Positions 1-10,221 of a DNA stretch of 64,000 bases are shown here, piece after piece. Each line of letters starts with the position of its first letter. The first letter of the stretch is position 1. Source of the stretch: an uncultured delta proteobacterium (GTDB lineage: Bacteria; Desulfobacterota; Desulfobacteria; Desulfobacterales; B30-G6). The translations under genes and the position numbers were made by a program. The stretch spans positions 1,376,001 to 1,440,000 of the forward strand of contig CAWGLD010000001.1 in assembly GCA_963823335.1 (NCBI GenBank), in the 5' to 3' direction. The notes below the pieces were generated by a model. That model saw only the letters and a program-made list of their open reading frames with translations, was not told the origin of the DNA and did not search any database.

Positions 1-1209
1 GGGGGTCTGTTCCTGAGCAATATCAACGATCTATTCGTGGACAAAACGTATTCCAATACGATGTCATTATCGAACCCCACCGAAAAAAACACCTCTTTGC
101 CTTGGACCTGCCCCTTTCAGCACCTCCTCTCACCCGTCTCACGGAGGATTTTACATTGATGGCACGCTGGCCCCTGAGAAAAACCCATCGATACCAGGTT
201 CGGTCGTCCCCGGATGCCAGGATACGTGTCATGGGCAGGCAGGGGACAGCTTGCCCGTCAACTTCCAGAAAGTGGAAATCCTGAGGCGAAGCTGCTGGCG
301 GCGACGTGGATGTCGCGTCTGGGTTCGTCGGAAGCTGTTATGAAACAGGCTATTGAGTTTTTCAGGCAGAACGAATTTTCTTATACACTCGAGCCACCTC
401 TGCTGGGTGAGAATCCTGTGGATGACTTCGTTTTCGGTTCAAAAAGCGGGTACTGTGAACATTTTGCATCGGCTTTTGCCTATTTAATGCGTGCTGCGGG
501 TATCCCGGCACGGATTGTGATCGGATTCCTAGGGGGTGAACGCAATCCTTATGGGAACTATCTGATCGTCAAGCAATACCATGCCCATGCCTGGGTCGAG
601 GTTTTTTTGGACAACCAGGGCTGGGTTCGTGTGGATCCGACGGCGATTGTCGCCCCGGAAAGGGTGTCTCTGGGTCTGGCCGAATCCCTGCTGCCAGAAA
701 ACCTGCCGGAATTTCTGGTACAGGCGGGAGTTGGTGGCATGCGTGCTTATTTTAGAAAAATGGCCTATATGTGGGATGCCGTCAATCTGCGATGGAATGC
801 CTGGTTTATGGAGTATTCCCGTCTTGAACAGCTGCGTTTACTGACGGGGGCCATTTCTAATCTTACCTGGTCTGGGGGGATCTGGATGGTTGGGCTGGGA
901 GGGCTTCCGGCGGTCTTGGCTGTGATGGCCTGGATTCAATTTAAAGGTGCTAAAAAGGCCAGGCATAAGGACACTGTCAAAGAAGCCTATGATTTGTTCT
1001 GTACCAAGCTGGAAGGTGTCGGTATTCGTAGGAAACCGAACCAGGGACCGCTTGACTTTGCCGGTATGGCCGGTTTGAAACGCAGTGATTTGAGAGAGCA
1101 GATTAAAGAGATTTCTCAACAATACATAGCCTTGCGCTACATGGGCAGACAAGCCAATGTCTCTCGTCAGTCTCTTCTCAAGAGGATACGCAAGTTCGAT
1201 CCGAAATAA
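1..1209 (+). CDS. TgpA-like membrane transglutaminase-domain protein (DUF3488/transglutaminase), 5'-truncated by window edge, with a frameshift near 234-244
   Basis: Catalytic motifs GYCEHFASA, HAWVEV and W.RVDPT are in ORF 214-1209. The upstream DUF3488-type sequence (YDVIIEP...LFALDLP) is in a different frame (frame 3, 3-284). Confidence 0.8.
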
Positions 1210-1225
1210 CATCGCTGGGCGATGT

Positions 1226-2152
1226 CTATGTCACGACCTTGGACGACAGTCTTTGGGACATGGCAAGGGCTTCTTCAAGTTCAGGCACTGCGCCCCGGCC
1301 GCCATATGCCCGGCAGGAAAGGGATGCCACGGCAACCGAAAACCGGACAGCCTCGTGGATATCAAACCCCCGGCTGATGGCCAGGGCGAATGCGCCGTGA
1401 AAATTGTCTCCGGCTCCGGTTGTGTCAAGCACAGGTACGGCCGGTGCGGGAACATGGTACAGTCGGTCTTTTAGGGGGTAGTAGGCGCCTGCGTCACCGT
1501 GGGTCACGATCAGCTGTCCCTGGACCATCTTTTTGAGTTTGAAAATATTATCGAACAGTTGGCCCGGCTCGAATTTGTCTTTGCTGGAATCGAAAAAGGC
1601 GGATGACGGTATGAAATAGTCTGCTGCATCCATCATCTCTTCCATGCGATTTTTCCAGCGCTCACAGTCGTAGACGAGCTTGGCATCCGGTCTGATGCGC
1701 TGTTTGAGTGTTTTACCGAGTGTCGTTGTTTGTGGATCGAGGGACAGGGTTTTTGCGCTTTGCAACAGGTGATCCAGGTCTTTCGAGATTTCGATATCCG
1801 GTAACCTGCTGGGTTCGTAAATAATGGTGCGTTTGCCATTGAACCGGTTGACAAAAAGATAGGCCACCGGTGTTTTGGTATTTTTCAGCACCTGGATATA
1901 ACGGGTGTCAACGTTGAATTCACGCAAGCGTCCAAGACAGAATTCACCTTCCTTGTCATCTCCGATGTTACCGACCACGGCGGTTGTTCCACCCAGTCGC
2001 GAAACGCAACAGGCAGAGGTTCCACCCTGACCGCCGCCTTCTACGAGCCGGGCATTCAGGTGTACTTTTTCATCTTCCTGGGGGAATCGGTCGACAACCG
2101 CAATATAGTCGATGCAGTTTCGTCCTATAACCAGCACATCCAGATCATGCAT
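1226..2152 (-). CDS. PfkB/ribokinase-family sugar kinase
   Basis: N-terminal GGGQGG..A motif and C-terminal DTTGAGDNFHG PfkB signature; start trimmed to ATG at 2152. Confidence 0.9.
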   Translation of the reverse strand: MHDLDVLVIGRNCIDYIAVVDRFPQEDEKVHLNARLVEGGGQGGTSACCVSRLGGTTAVVGNIGDDKEGEFCLGRLREFNVDTRYIQVLKNTKTPVAYLFVNRFNGKRTIIYEPSRLPDIEISKDLDHLLQSAKTLSLDPQTTTLGKTLKQRIRPDAKLVYDCERWKNRMEEMMDAADYFIPSSAFFDSSKDKFEPGQLFDNIFKLKKMVQGQLIVTHGDAGAYYPLKDRLYHVPAPAVPVLDTTGAGDNFHGAFALAISRGFDIHEAVRFSVAVASLSCRAYGGRGAVPELEEALAMSQRLSSKVVT

Positions 2153-2369
2153 AATCGTCTGCCCATAGCACAATTCCGGACAAATGAAAACGGCACAATG
2201 TTAAAGAGATCTGATTGTCAAGATGCCAGTGAGATGATATTGAAACAAACGTGATGTCACGAACGGAATGAGCACAATTTTCAAACAGGCGGATAAGCCA
2301 TTCGCCATAATAGCGACGAAGTCGCATCAAATAAATTCGTGAAACGAATTTATTTTGGGAGATAAAAAC

Positions 2370-3488
2370 ATGAAAGGAAAACCTGTTGTACCGCCGGTGT
2401 ATCAGACTGCAACCTACTATTTTGACACATCAGACGATATGATCGATGTGGTTCAGAACCGAAGTGGATACATCTATTCCCGTTGGGACAATCCTTCCGT
2501 AAGACAGGTCGAGGATATGCTGGCCGATCTCGAGACCTATGAACATGCCCTGGGTTTCAGCTCCGGTATGGCTGCCATCACAACGGCCATCATGTCACAT
2601 GTGAACATGGGAGACCGCATTGTGTCCATACGGGAATCTTACGGCGGGACCTTTGACTTGCTTAACAGACTGCTGCCGGGTTTTGGTGTTCAAACGGTCT
2701 TTGTCAACTGTTGGGATCTGGAGGGGCTTTTCAGAGAAATCGATCAGGGTTTGTCAATCCTCTATCTGGAAACGCCCACCAACCCGCTGCTGCGTGTGAT
2801 TGATGTAAAATCATTGGCCGAGGCAGCACACGCCAAAGGGGCCCTCGTCCTGCTGGATTCCACCTTTGCAACCCCTGTTAATCAACATCCGGTTGACTGG
2901 GATGTCGATGTCGTCATTCACAGCGCAACCAAGTACCTGGGGGGCCATCATGATATCACCGCCGGCTTTGCATGCTGCAATGAACCCTGTTTTGAAAAAA
3001 TATGGGATTATCGTAAGGTACTGGGTGGTGTCATGGACCCCATGACGGCATTTTTAATCACCAGGGGGCTTCGGACGCTGACACTCCGTGTGCGCCAGCA
3101 CAATGAAAATGCCATGCGGGTTGCCGAATTTCTGGAAAGTGAGGAGAAGGTCCGCCGGGTACACTATCCGGGGTTGCCATCTCATCCCGACCACGATATT
3201 GCCCGAAAGCAGATGCGGGGTTTCGGGGGAATGCTCAGCTTCGAGTTAGATGCAGATTTTGACAAAACCAAGCAATTTATGGATCAGTTGCAGATGATTA
3301 AACTGGCCACCAGTTTGGGTGGTGTCACCAGTCTGGCAAACCAACCAGTCACGAACACCCATGTGGCACTAAATCCAGAGGAGAGAAAAAAGGCGGGTGT
3401 CATCGAGAGCCTTGTCCGGCTTTCCGTCGGGATCGAAGACACCGGGGCGTTGATTGAGGATTTAAGGCAGGCCCTGGCAACGTTATAA
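2370..3488 (+). CDS. PLP-dependent Cys/Met metabolism enzyme (cystathionine gamma-synthase/methionine gamma-lyase family)
   Basis: YSRWDNP, SSGMAAI, ETPTNP, HSATKYLGGHHD (PLP lysine), SLGGV and RLSVGIE motifs. Confidence 0.92.
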   Translation: MKGKPVVPPVYQTATYYFDTSDDMIDVVQNRSGYIYSRWDNPSVRQVEDMLADLETYEHALGFSSGMAAITTAIMSHVNMGDRIVSIRESYGGTFDLLNRLLPGFGVQTVFVNCWDLEGLFREIDQGLSILYLETPTNPLLRVIDVKSLAEAAHAKGALVLLDSTFATPVNQHPVDWDVDVVIHSATKYLGGHHDITAGFACCNEPCFEKIWDYRKVLGGVMDPMTAFLITRGLRTLTLRVRQHNENAMRVAEFLESEEKVRRVHYPGLPSHPDHDIARKQMRGFGGMLSFELDADFDKTKQFMDQLQMIKLATSLGGVTSLANQPVTNTHVALNPEERKKAGVIESLVRLSVGIEDTGALIEDLRQALATL

Positions 3489-3539
3489 GAAGCCATCTCT
3501 ATCTGTCTTTTGGCCCAATATCTAAGTTGATGGCTTCTG
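3489..3539. terminator. Inverted repeat between convergent genes (possible terminator)
   Basis: AGAAGCCATC...GATGGCTTCT 10-bp arms with a long loop. Confidence 0.35.
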
Positions 3540-3562
3540 TAACGCGCCATTAACTTTTCGAT

Positions 3563-4063
3563 CTAAAATGGCCAGAAGCTGTTGTCGTTCCAAAGCGCCT
3601 CGGTCACTTCCTTGTCAATGGCTGCCAGGAATTCAAGGTGTTGGGTTTCCCATTCGGCAAGCCATTTATAGAGTGCTTTCTCCTGGGGATCCGTGGAGGC
3701 CTCCGCCCGTTGCGAGTAGAGTTTGATGGCACGCTCTTCCATGCCCATGGCAGCGGAAATGGCGGCCGATTCAAATCCGGCACCCGCGATACGCTGTTTC
3801 AGCGTATCGGTCAATACAGCGTTGGCGACGCTTTCGTTTGAAGAGGTCCGGTCCATTTCAACAAACGTACCGTCCTTTTTGTAGGACTTGTACTGTTCTG
3901 ATAATATCTGCACATGACTGATTTCGTCCTCAGCCAATTTGACAAAGAATTCCTTTACAGCTTGATCCTTGGCGCTGTCGGCGGCCTTTTCATAAAACGA
4001 CTTTCCACGTAATTCCAATAGCAGAGCACTTTTCAATATCTCGAGAGCTGTGGGTGTTGACAT
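3563..4063 (-). CDS. Ferritin-like/rubrerythrin diiron domain protein
   Basis: Two repeats of E..G/A..FY/LY...LA..E..H; SD GAGGAGG. Confidence 0.88.
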   Translation of the reverse strand: MSTPTALEILKSALLLELRGKSFYEKAADSAKDQAVKEFFVKLAEDEISHVQILSEQYKSYKKDGTFVEMDRTSSNESVANAVLTDTLKQRIAGAGFESAAISAAMGMEERAIKLYSQRAEASTDPQEKALYKWLAEWETQHLEFLAAIDKEVTEALWNDNSFWPF

Positions 4064-4249
4064 GTTACCTCCTCAGGCATCGTATATATAGAAGTTATCT
4101 CAAACCCTTTTTTTGAGATGACTTCTAATGACATTATCCTACAACGGTGTTATAGAATACGCAAGCCTGATTTTGGGACAAGCCTTTGGACAGTTCAGAG
4201 AAAAATCCGGGTTTTTGCCGCCTGCCCAACAGTTTCAGGGAGGGGTGCC

Positions 4250-5863
4250 ATGACACGTGAACCACACCATGACAATACGCATAAGGACAGACATACGTAT
4301 GTTCTGGCCATTGATCTGGGGAGCGGGGGACACAAAATAGCCCTCGTCTCTGACACGGGCCATGTGGTTGCCAGTGCGGACGAGAAGATCGCTACCCTGA
4401 TGCTGCCGGGGGGCGGGGCAGAGCAGGACCCGGACGAATGGTGGCAAAAAACGTTGAGTGGGTCCAAAAAGGTTCTCACGGCGGCCAAGGTACCGGCTGA
4501 GGATATCATCGCCATTGCCTGTGATTCCCAGTGGTCTTTGGCTGTACCAGTGGATGAGAACGGACAGCACTTGATGAATGCGATTCATTGGCTCGATACC
4601 CGGGGGGGACCCTACAATCGAAAAATAGTGAGCGGGTTTCCGAGTATCAAAGGGTATGGTCTCTTAAAACTGATCAAATGGGTCAGGTTGGCCGGGATGG
4701 TTCCCACGCTTTCGGGAATCGATTCTCTCGGTCATGTCTTGTTTATCAAGAACGAACGACCCGGCATCTATGAGAAGACCTTTAAGTTCCTGGAACCCAT
4801 GGACTATCTGACCTCCCGGCTGACCGGAAAGATAACGGCCACCCAGAAAACAATGGCGCCCTTTGCCATTGTAGACAATCGTCGATGGGGTGGGCAGGCA
4901 TACCAGGATACACTTCTTGCCCTTGCAGGTGTCGGAAAAGACAAGTTCCCCGAACTCATTGCCAATGATGGTGTGGTTGGATCACTCAAACCCGATGTGG
5001 CAGAAGAACTGGGATTGGCCCCTGCAACTCCGGTGGTTGCCGGTATCGGAGATTCCAATGCCTCTCTGATTGGGTCAGGTGCCCTGGCGGATTTTGAAAC
5101 CATCATTTATATCGGCACTTCCATGTATATGACCTGCCATATCCCTTTCAAGAAAACGGATGTGAGCCATACCATGACATCTCTTCCAAGTCTTTTTCAA
5201 GATCGATATTACCTGCTGGGCGAACAGGGAGTCGGTGGGAGATGTGTCGAGTATTTCCTGAAAAATGTGGTTTATGCGGCAGACGCCTTCGGCAGCCTTA
5301 AGGTTCCCGCAGATGTCTTTGACCGTTTCGATCACATGGCAGCCCAGTCACCTGCCGGAAGCGAGGGGCTCATTTTTCTGCCATGGCTGAACGGCTCCGT
5401 GGTGCCGGAAGAAAACCCCCATGCACGGGGCGGATTTCTCAACATGTCCCTCAAGACAGACCGAAGCCATATGTCCCGTGCCATTATGGAATCCCTGGCG
5501 TACAATAACCGTTGGACCATGGGGCCGGCTGAAAAATTTATCGGTCGGAAGATAACCCATGTCCGGTTTTCAGGAGGCGGAGCCCTTTCAGATTTGTGGG
5601 CACAGATTCACGCCGATGTCCTGGGGATACCGATTCACCAGGTCGCCGACCCCCTTACCACCACGGTCAAGGGGACTGCCCTGCTGGCATTTTATTCGCT
5701 GGGTTACTTCTCCCTGGAGGATATGGCGAATTGTGTAAGCATTAAAAAGGTATTTGAGCCGGATGCTGCCAACAAACATATCTATGATCGGATGTTTGCT
5801 AACTATCGATCGTTTTATAGGAGAAACAAGACTCTTTTCAGGGCATTGAACTGTGAGCTGTAA
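4250..5863 (+). CDS. FGGY-family carbohydrate kinase (xylulokinase-like)
   Basis: LAIDLGSGG, AEQDPDEWW, IHWLDTRG, GIGD, FLPWLNG and SGGGA motifs; start at ATG 4250 after GGGAGG. Confidence 0.9.
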   Translation: MTREPHHDNTHKDRHTYVLAIDLGSGGHKIALVSDTGHVVASADEKIATLMLPGGGAEQDPDEWWQKTLSGSKKVLTAAKVPAEDIIAIACDSQWSLAVPVDENGQHLMNAIHWLDTRGGPYNRKIVSGFPSIKGYGLLKLIKWVRLAGMVPTLSGIDSLGHVLFIKNERPGIYEKTFKFLEPMDYLTSRLTGKITATQKTMAPFAIVDNRRWGGQAYQDTLLALAGVGKDKFPELIANDGVVGSLKPDVAEELGLAPATPVVAGIGDSNASLIGSGALADFETIIYIGTSMYMTCHIPFKKTDVSHTMTSLPSLFQDRYYLLGEQGVGGRCVEYFLKNVVYAADAFGSLKVPADVFDRFDHMAAQSPAGSEGLIFLPWLNGSVVPEENPHARGGFLNMSLKTDRSHMSRAIMESLAYNNRWTMGPAEKFIGRKITHVRFSGGGALSDLWAQIHADVLGIPIHQVADPLTTTVKGTALLAFYSLGYFSLEDMANCVSIKKVFEPDAANKHIYDRMFANYRSFYRRNKTLFRALNCEL

Positions 5864-5869
5864 GCATTA

Positions 5870-5897
5870 AGCCATAAGCTGCTTACAGCTTATGGCT
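5870..5897. repeat. Palindromic heptamer-based repeat, copy 1
   Basis: AGCCATAAGCTG-ctta-CAGCTTATGGCT, a perfect 12-bp stem related to 8504-8550. Confidence 0.7.
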
Positions 5898-5919
5898 ATT
5901 GCTCATATAAGGAGGCAAC

Positions 5920-7338
5920 ATGTCAGACCAATCAAGTGAAATTCAGCCGGTGGATCCTTTCAAGCCATACACAGGACGCTTTCGGGTTCATGATCAGATA
6001 CCTGAAAAAGGACGCGACAAGGCGGATCTGCTGAAAGAGCTTTCAACCATGGCAATGGAAGAAAATCAGCGCTGGCAGGACGGCCGGGTTTCAGGAACCT
6101 TCTACCATGCCGGTGAAGAGCATCTTGCCTTTCTCAACCAGGTTTTTTCGCGGTTTTCACATATGAACACTATCCAGTTCGACCTGTGCCCCAGCATGTT
6201 CAAGATGGAGAGTGAAATCATCTCTATGACCGCAAAGATGCTGCACGGCGATGCCGTCAGTGCACTCAACCCCCAAGACAGGGTTTGCGGAACCCTCACA
6301 TCCGGTGGAACGGAAAGCATTCTGATGGCCATGAAGGTTTACAGAGACTGGGCAAAAACGGAAAAAGGCATCCGGAATCCGGAAATTATCATGCCGCATA
6401 CAGCCCATCCGGCATTTGATAAGTCCGGGGAGTATTTTGGAATCCGCATGGTTCATGTACCTGTTTCAGAACCCGATTTCAGGGTCGATCCAGGAATGGT
6501 GGCGGAAAGGATCAACGAGAACACGGCCGCCATTGTCGGAAGCGCCGGGAATTACCCCTACGGCCTTATCGATCCCCTGGAGGACCTGGCTGAAATTGCT
6601 CTGCAGCACGATATCGGATTTCATGTGGACGGCTGTCTGGGTGGGTTTTTACTGCCCTGGATTGAGAGGCTGGGATATGCGGTTCCGCTGTTTGATTTTC
6701 GCCTGCCGGGCGTCACCTCCATGTCTGCCGATACTCACAAGTACGGGTTCGCTCTCAAGGGAACGTCTGTTATCCTTTATCGCCGTAACGGGCTGCGTCG
6801 GTATCAGTATTTCAATATTCCGGACTGGCCCGGAGGCCTGTACGCCTCGCCCACGTCTGCGGGGAGTCGTTCCGGAGGTCTGACAGCCGCCACGTGGGCC
6901 TCCATGGTTTACCTGGGCGAAAGCGGGTATCTCGAGGCGGCCAGGGCGATCATGGACGTGGCCGATGAAATGAAAACCGGTATCGAAAACATACCGGAAC
7001 TGATTCTTATCGGTGAACCCACCTTTGTTATCAGCTTTTGTTCCGACGTTGTGGATGTGTATCATGTCAATGATTTCATGAAGACCAGGGGCTGGCGGTT
7101 CAATTGCCTGCAGCTGCCGCCGGCCCTGCATTTTTGCATCACCATGCCCCAGACATCCGTTGCGGGTGTGGCCCGGAAATGGGTTCAGGATCTGCAGGAG
7201 GGTGTGGTGTATGCCAGAGAAAAGGCGGGCACACCCGCCGAGACCGCCGCTGTCTATGGTCTGGCAGGCACAAGGGAAGGCAACCTGCAGGTAACGGAGA
7301 TGGTGATGGGGGTGTTTGACTATCTCTATTCCACATAA
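5920..7338 (+). CDS. Sphingosine-1-phosphate lyase-like PLP-dependent enzyme (group II decarboxylase fold)
   Basis: SGTFYH, TSGGTESILMA, AHPAFDK, HVDGCLGGF, SADTHKYG (PLP Lys) and GSRSG motifs typical of the SPL family. Confidence 0.85.
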   Translation: MSDQSSEIQPVDPFKPYTGRFRVHDQIPEKGRDKADLLKELSTMAMEENQRWQDGRVSGTFYHAGEEHLAFLNQVFSRFSHMNTIQFDLCPSMFKMESEIISMTAKMLHGDAVSALNPQDRVCGTLTSGGTESILMAMKVYRDWAKTEKGIRNPEIIMPHTAHPAFDKSGEYFGIRMVHVPVSEPDFRVDPGMVAERINENTAAIVGSAGNYPYGLIDPLEDLAEIALQHDIGFHVDGCLGGFLLPWIERLGYAVPLFDFRLPGVTSMSADTHKYGFALKGTSVILYRRNGLRRYQYFNIPDWPGGLYASPTSAGSRSGGLTAATWASMVYLGESGYLEAARAIMDVADEMKTGIENIPELILIGEPTFVISFCSDVVDVYHVNDFMKTRGWRFNCLQLPPALHFCITMPQTSVAGVARKWVQDLQEGVVYAREKAGTPAETAAVYGLAGTREGNLQVTEMVMGVFDYLYST

Positions 7339-7476
7339 CCAGGATAGACTTCTCAAAAATAGGATTTTATCTCAAGGTCAAGGCGGACTTGAGTTTTAAT
7401 CCGCAGAAATATTGTAGTATTTTGAGGAGTTAAAACACGAGTTCAAAACAGAGATTGAGTCAAAGGACATTTTTAC

Positions 7477-8496
7477 ATGATGAAAGCAGCGGTGTATAGA
7501 GTAGATAAAGGACTCGTTGTCGAAGAGGTTTCCATACCCCAAATCGATTCGGACCAGGTACTGGTGAAGGTATCCCATACCGGGTTTTGCGGATCGGATC
7601 ATTCCATGATATCCAGCGGTGGACTATCTGACGGTACGATTCTCGGGCATGAGACCTGCGGCGTCGTTGTCCAAAGGGGAAAGCTTTCAATGGGGCTGGC
7701 GGAGGGAACGCGCGTCATTGTTCGCCCCACAGCTTGCGGTGACTGCCCGGAGTGCAGGTCAGACAAACCCTATTTTTGCCAAATCAAGCGTCGGTCCATC
7801 GGTATCGGCGATTTGCCGGGTGCTTTTGCAGAGTATATAGCGGTCTATCCGGAAATGCTCATACCGGTACCGGCAGGGGTCGATTCACAGAATGCAGCTC
7901 TGGCCGAGGCATATGCCGCCTCGTTGCATGCCATTACATGCAGCCACAGACAGACTTGCTCAGCCCTCGTTGTCGGCGGCGGACCCATCGGTCTGGCGCT
8001 GGTGAGACTCTTGAAGATTCTTGAATTTTATCCGATCCTGCTTTCCGAGCCGGTTGCCGAAAAGCGGGAGATTGGGCTGGCCTTTGGTGCCGATTTCGTG
8101 ATCGATCCCCTGACGCAGGATCTGAACCAGAGGATTTTTTTGAGCACGCAAGGCAGGGGCTGTGATGTCGTTTTCGAGTGTTCGGGTGTTCCTTCTATGA
8201 TTCAATCCTGTATGGATTCTGCCGCCCGAGGCGGTACCGTCTGTGTGGTGAGTGTCATGTATTCAACAGCGCAGATTACCCCCATCACTTTGAACTTCAA
8301 GGAAATCTGGCTCACAGGTTCCTACTCGAATACGCATGCAGAGAATATTCAATGCCTGAACTGGATGGCTGAGGGCAAGCTCGATGGCAACCCGCTGATT
8401 AGCGATCTGATTTCTCTGGAGGCACTTCCCGAGGTATATGAGAGACGGATCGATACAGGTCTTGCCGTGAAGGTGATGGTGGATATGCAGCTATGA
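7477..8496 (+). CDS. Zn-dependent medium-chain alcohol dehydrogenase (threonine/sorbitol DH-like)
   Basis: GFCGSD, GHE, CxxCxxC structural Zn and GGGPIG motifs. Confidence 0.92.
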   Translation: MMKAAVYRVDKGLVVEEVSIPQIDSDQVLVKVSHTGFCGSDHSMISSGGLSDGTILGHETCGVVVQRGKLSMGLAEGTRVIVRPTACGDCPECRSDKPYFCQIKRRSIGIGDLPGAFAEYIAVYPEMLIPVPAGVDSQNAALAEAYAASLHAITCSHRQTCSALVVGGGPIGLALVRLLKILEFYPILLSEPVAEKREIGLAFGADFVIDPLTQDLNQRIFLSTQGRGCDVVFECSGVPSMIQSCMDSAARGGTVCVVSVMYSTAQITPITLNFKEIWLTGSYSNTHAENIQCLNWMAEGKLDGNPLISDLISLEALPEVYERRIDTGLAVKVMVDMQL

Positions 8497-8503
8497 GCTG
8501 TCG

Positions 8504-8550
8504 GCGATAAGCCATAAGCCGCTTACAGCTTACGGCTTATGGCTTATCGC
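8504..8550. repeat. Palindromic heptamer-based repeat, copy 2 (probable bidirectional terminator, overlaps the stop of the cytochrome gene)
   Basis: 18-bp perfect stem GCGATAAGCCATAAGCCG / CGGCTTATGGCTTATCGC between convergent genes. Confidence 0.7.
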
Positions 8551-10008
8551 TGACCTGTACCAATCCTCGAGTTCGAATAATCGTTGGGTCATCTGATAGC
8601 GTCCGTCGGCAAAAACACCATAATCGCCACCGCCCCCCATGGCTGAAGCAAACCGGGCGGTATTGGCGTAAAAGAGCCATTGGTCGCACCAGAGCCTTTC
8701 CGGGTATTCATCGAAAGGGTTTTCCGCATTTGCCAGCCCGGCCGCCCAGATATCCGACATAATGTGGGTTGTGGTGAGGGTGGTGGCATTGGTTTCCTGA
8801 ATCGTGTTTTCAAAGCGTTGCCAGAACCCATTGACCCAACTCGACCCGTGGCAGTTAAGACAGATCTGTTTCAACTGTACGGTACGCTCTTTTTGCTCTG
8901 TTTCCGAAATAAGATAATTTTCGGCTGAAGTGCCGTTCATATCGGTCGGCAAGGGCTGTCCGGCCGCGTTCCGGATGATGGAAGTGTCCGGATTCCGGGG
9001 ATAAGGATGGGCGTAGATGAGCCCGAACAGACGCCAGGGAAGCCGGTCATTGAAGCGGTGCGAACGCTGGGAAACGACGTCACCTTCTGTGTTGACCAGC
9101 AGGCTGATATGGCAGCCCGCACAGGTGGGGGCGGTGAAATCTTTACCGATGGTCCAGGGTACCGCTTTGAAATTCCATTCGCCCTGATGGGTTTCGAATA
9201 GATTGCCGTGCTTGCTGGAGGAATAAACCTTATAGACCGGCACGTCCGGTCCCACATGGCACTCCTTGCAGGTATAGGGCTTTCTGGCCATCTCAATGGA
9301 AAACGCGTGGCGGGTGTGGCACGGGGTGCAGGCTCCCAGGCTACCGTCAAGGTTGATGCGGCCCACACCCTGGTTGGGCCAGCCCTTGATGATGGGAAAG
9401 TCCAGTTCACCGGCGGCGTCCGTGTCGCGTGTTTCCGTACCCGTAAGCTCGAGAACGGTGCCGTGACAGTAGTAGCAGCTCTCGGCTTTTGTCATGTCGC
9501 TTTCAGGCTCAACGTGTAACCTGCCGCCCTTGCGGGAGGTCTTTCCTAGGATGCTGCGCTGAAGCTTCTGGTAAAGGGCATTACCGGCCAGGTTCTGGTA
9601 GGCATGCGCCATGAGATTTCCGGAATACTGTTCTGCTTCCACGGCATGACAGGTATTGCAATCTTTGGGGCTCACGACGATATGGATGTCATATCCATTG
9701 TGCTCAAACGTATCGGCATGCTCGGCGGGCCGCAGCATGTGGCATTCGGCACAGCCCACGGCCGTACCTCTTAGATTTTCAGGCACGTCTTTGCTTGAAA
9801 CCTTGAGGGCCAGGGCGTCTGCCTGCATGGCCTGGCCCGGTGTCATCGATGCGTGCCGGCTTTTCTGCCAGTCGGCCACGATACCGGGCTGGAAGGTGGC
9901 GTGGCAGTCGATACACTCGCCGGTCGCCTCACTTATCGGCACTTCCGCAGCAGGTGAGAGACAGGGAATCAGAAAGCAAATCCATAACGCACAGATAATG
10001 GGTTTCAT
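8530..10008 (-). CDS. Periplasmic octaheme cytochrome c, hydroxylamine oxidoreductase family
   Basis: Signal peptide and eight CxxCH motifs (CIDCH, CAECH, CNTCH, CYYCH, CTPCH, CKECH, CAGCH, CLNCH); CHTRHAFS..AR.P..C..CH.GPD HAO-family pattern. Confidence 0.9.
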   Translation of the reverse strand: MKPIICALWICFLIPCLSPAAEVPISEATGECIDCHATFQPGIVADWQKSRHASMTPGQAMQADALALKVSSKDVPENLRGTAVGCAECHMLRPAEHADTFEHNGYDIHIVVSPKDCNTCHAVEAEQYSGNLMAHAYQNLAGNALYQKLQRSILGKTSRKGGRLHVEPESDMTKAESCYYCHGTVLELTGTETRDTDAAGELDFPIIKGWPNQGVGRINLDGSLGACTPCHTRHAFSIEMARKPYTCKECHVGPDVPVYKVYSSSKHGNLFETHQGEWNFKAVPWTIGKDFTAPTCAGCHISLLVNTEGDVVSQRSHRFNDRLPWRLFGLIYAHPYPRNPDTSIIRNAAGQPLPTDMNGTSAENYLISETEQKERTVQLKQICLNCHGSSWVNGFWQRFENTIQETNATTLTTTHIMSDIWAAGLANAENPFDEYPERLWCDQWLFYANTARFASAMGGGGDYGVFADGRYQMTQRLFELEDWYRSAISHKP

Positions 10009-10221
10009 GAGGGCTTCCTCCAAGTTTTTTTATGCTACGGCAGGGATGTTTGCCGGCCGATGATATGGATAAGTTAGACCACTCACCAGGTGGAAGTCAA
10101 GAAATCGATTGACACAAAAAAAGGTTCAGGGCACAAATGTCGTCATTAAAATTAATCAAAGAACGACAACGTCGCGTTTGATAAAATCGGGGACCGATTT
10201 TATGATGAAAGGAGAGAAATC

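Noticed and set aside
6649-7356. 235-aa minus-strand ORF (and similarly 36258-36980)
   Set aside because: These are antisense to well-supported genes and explained by codon-bias shadows.
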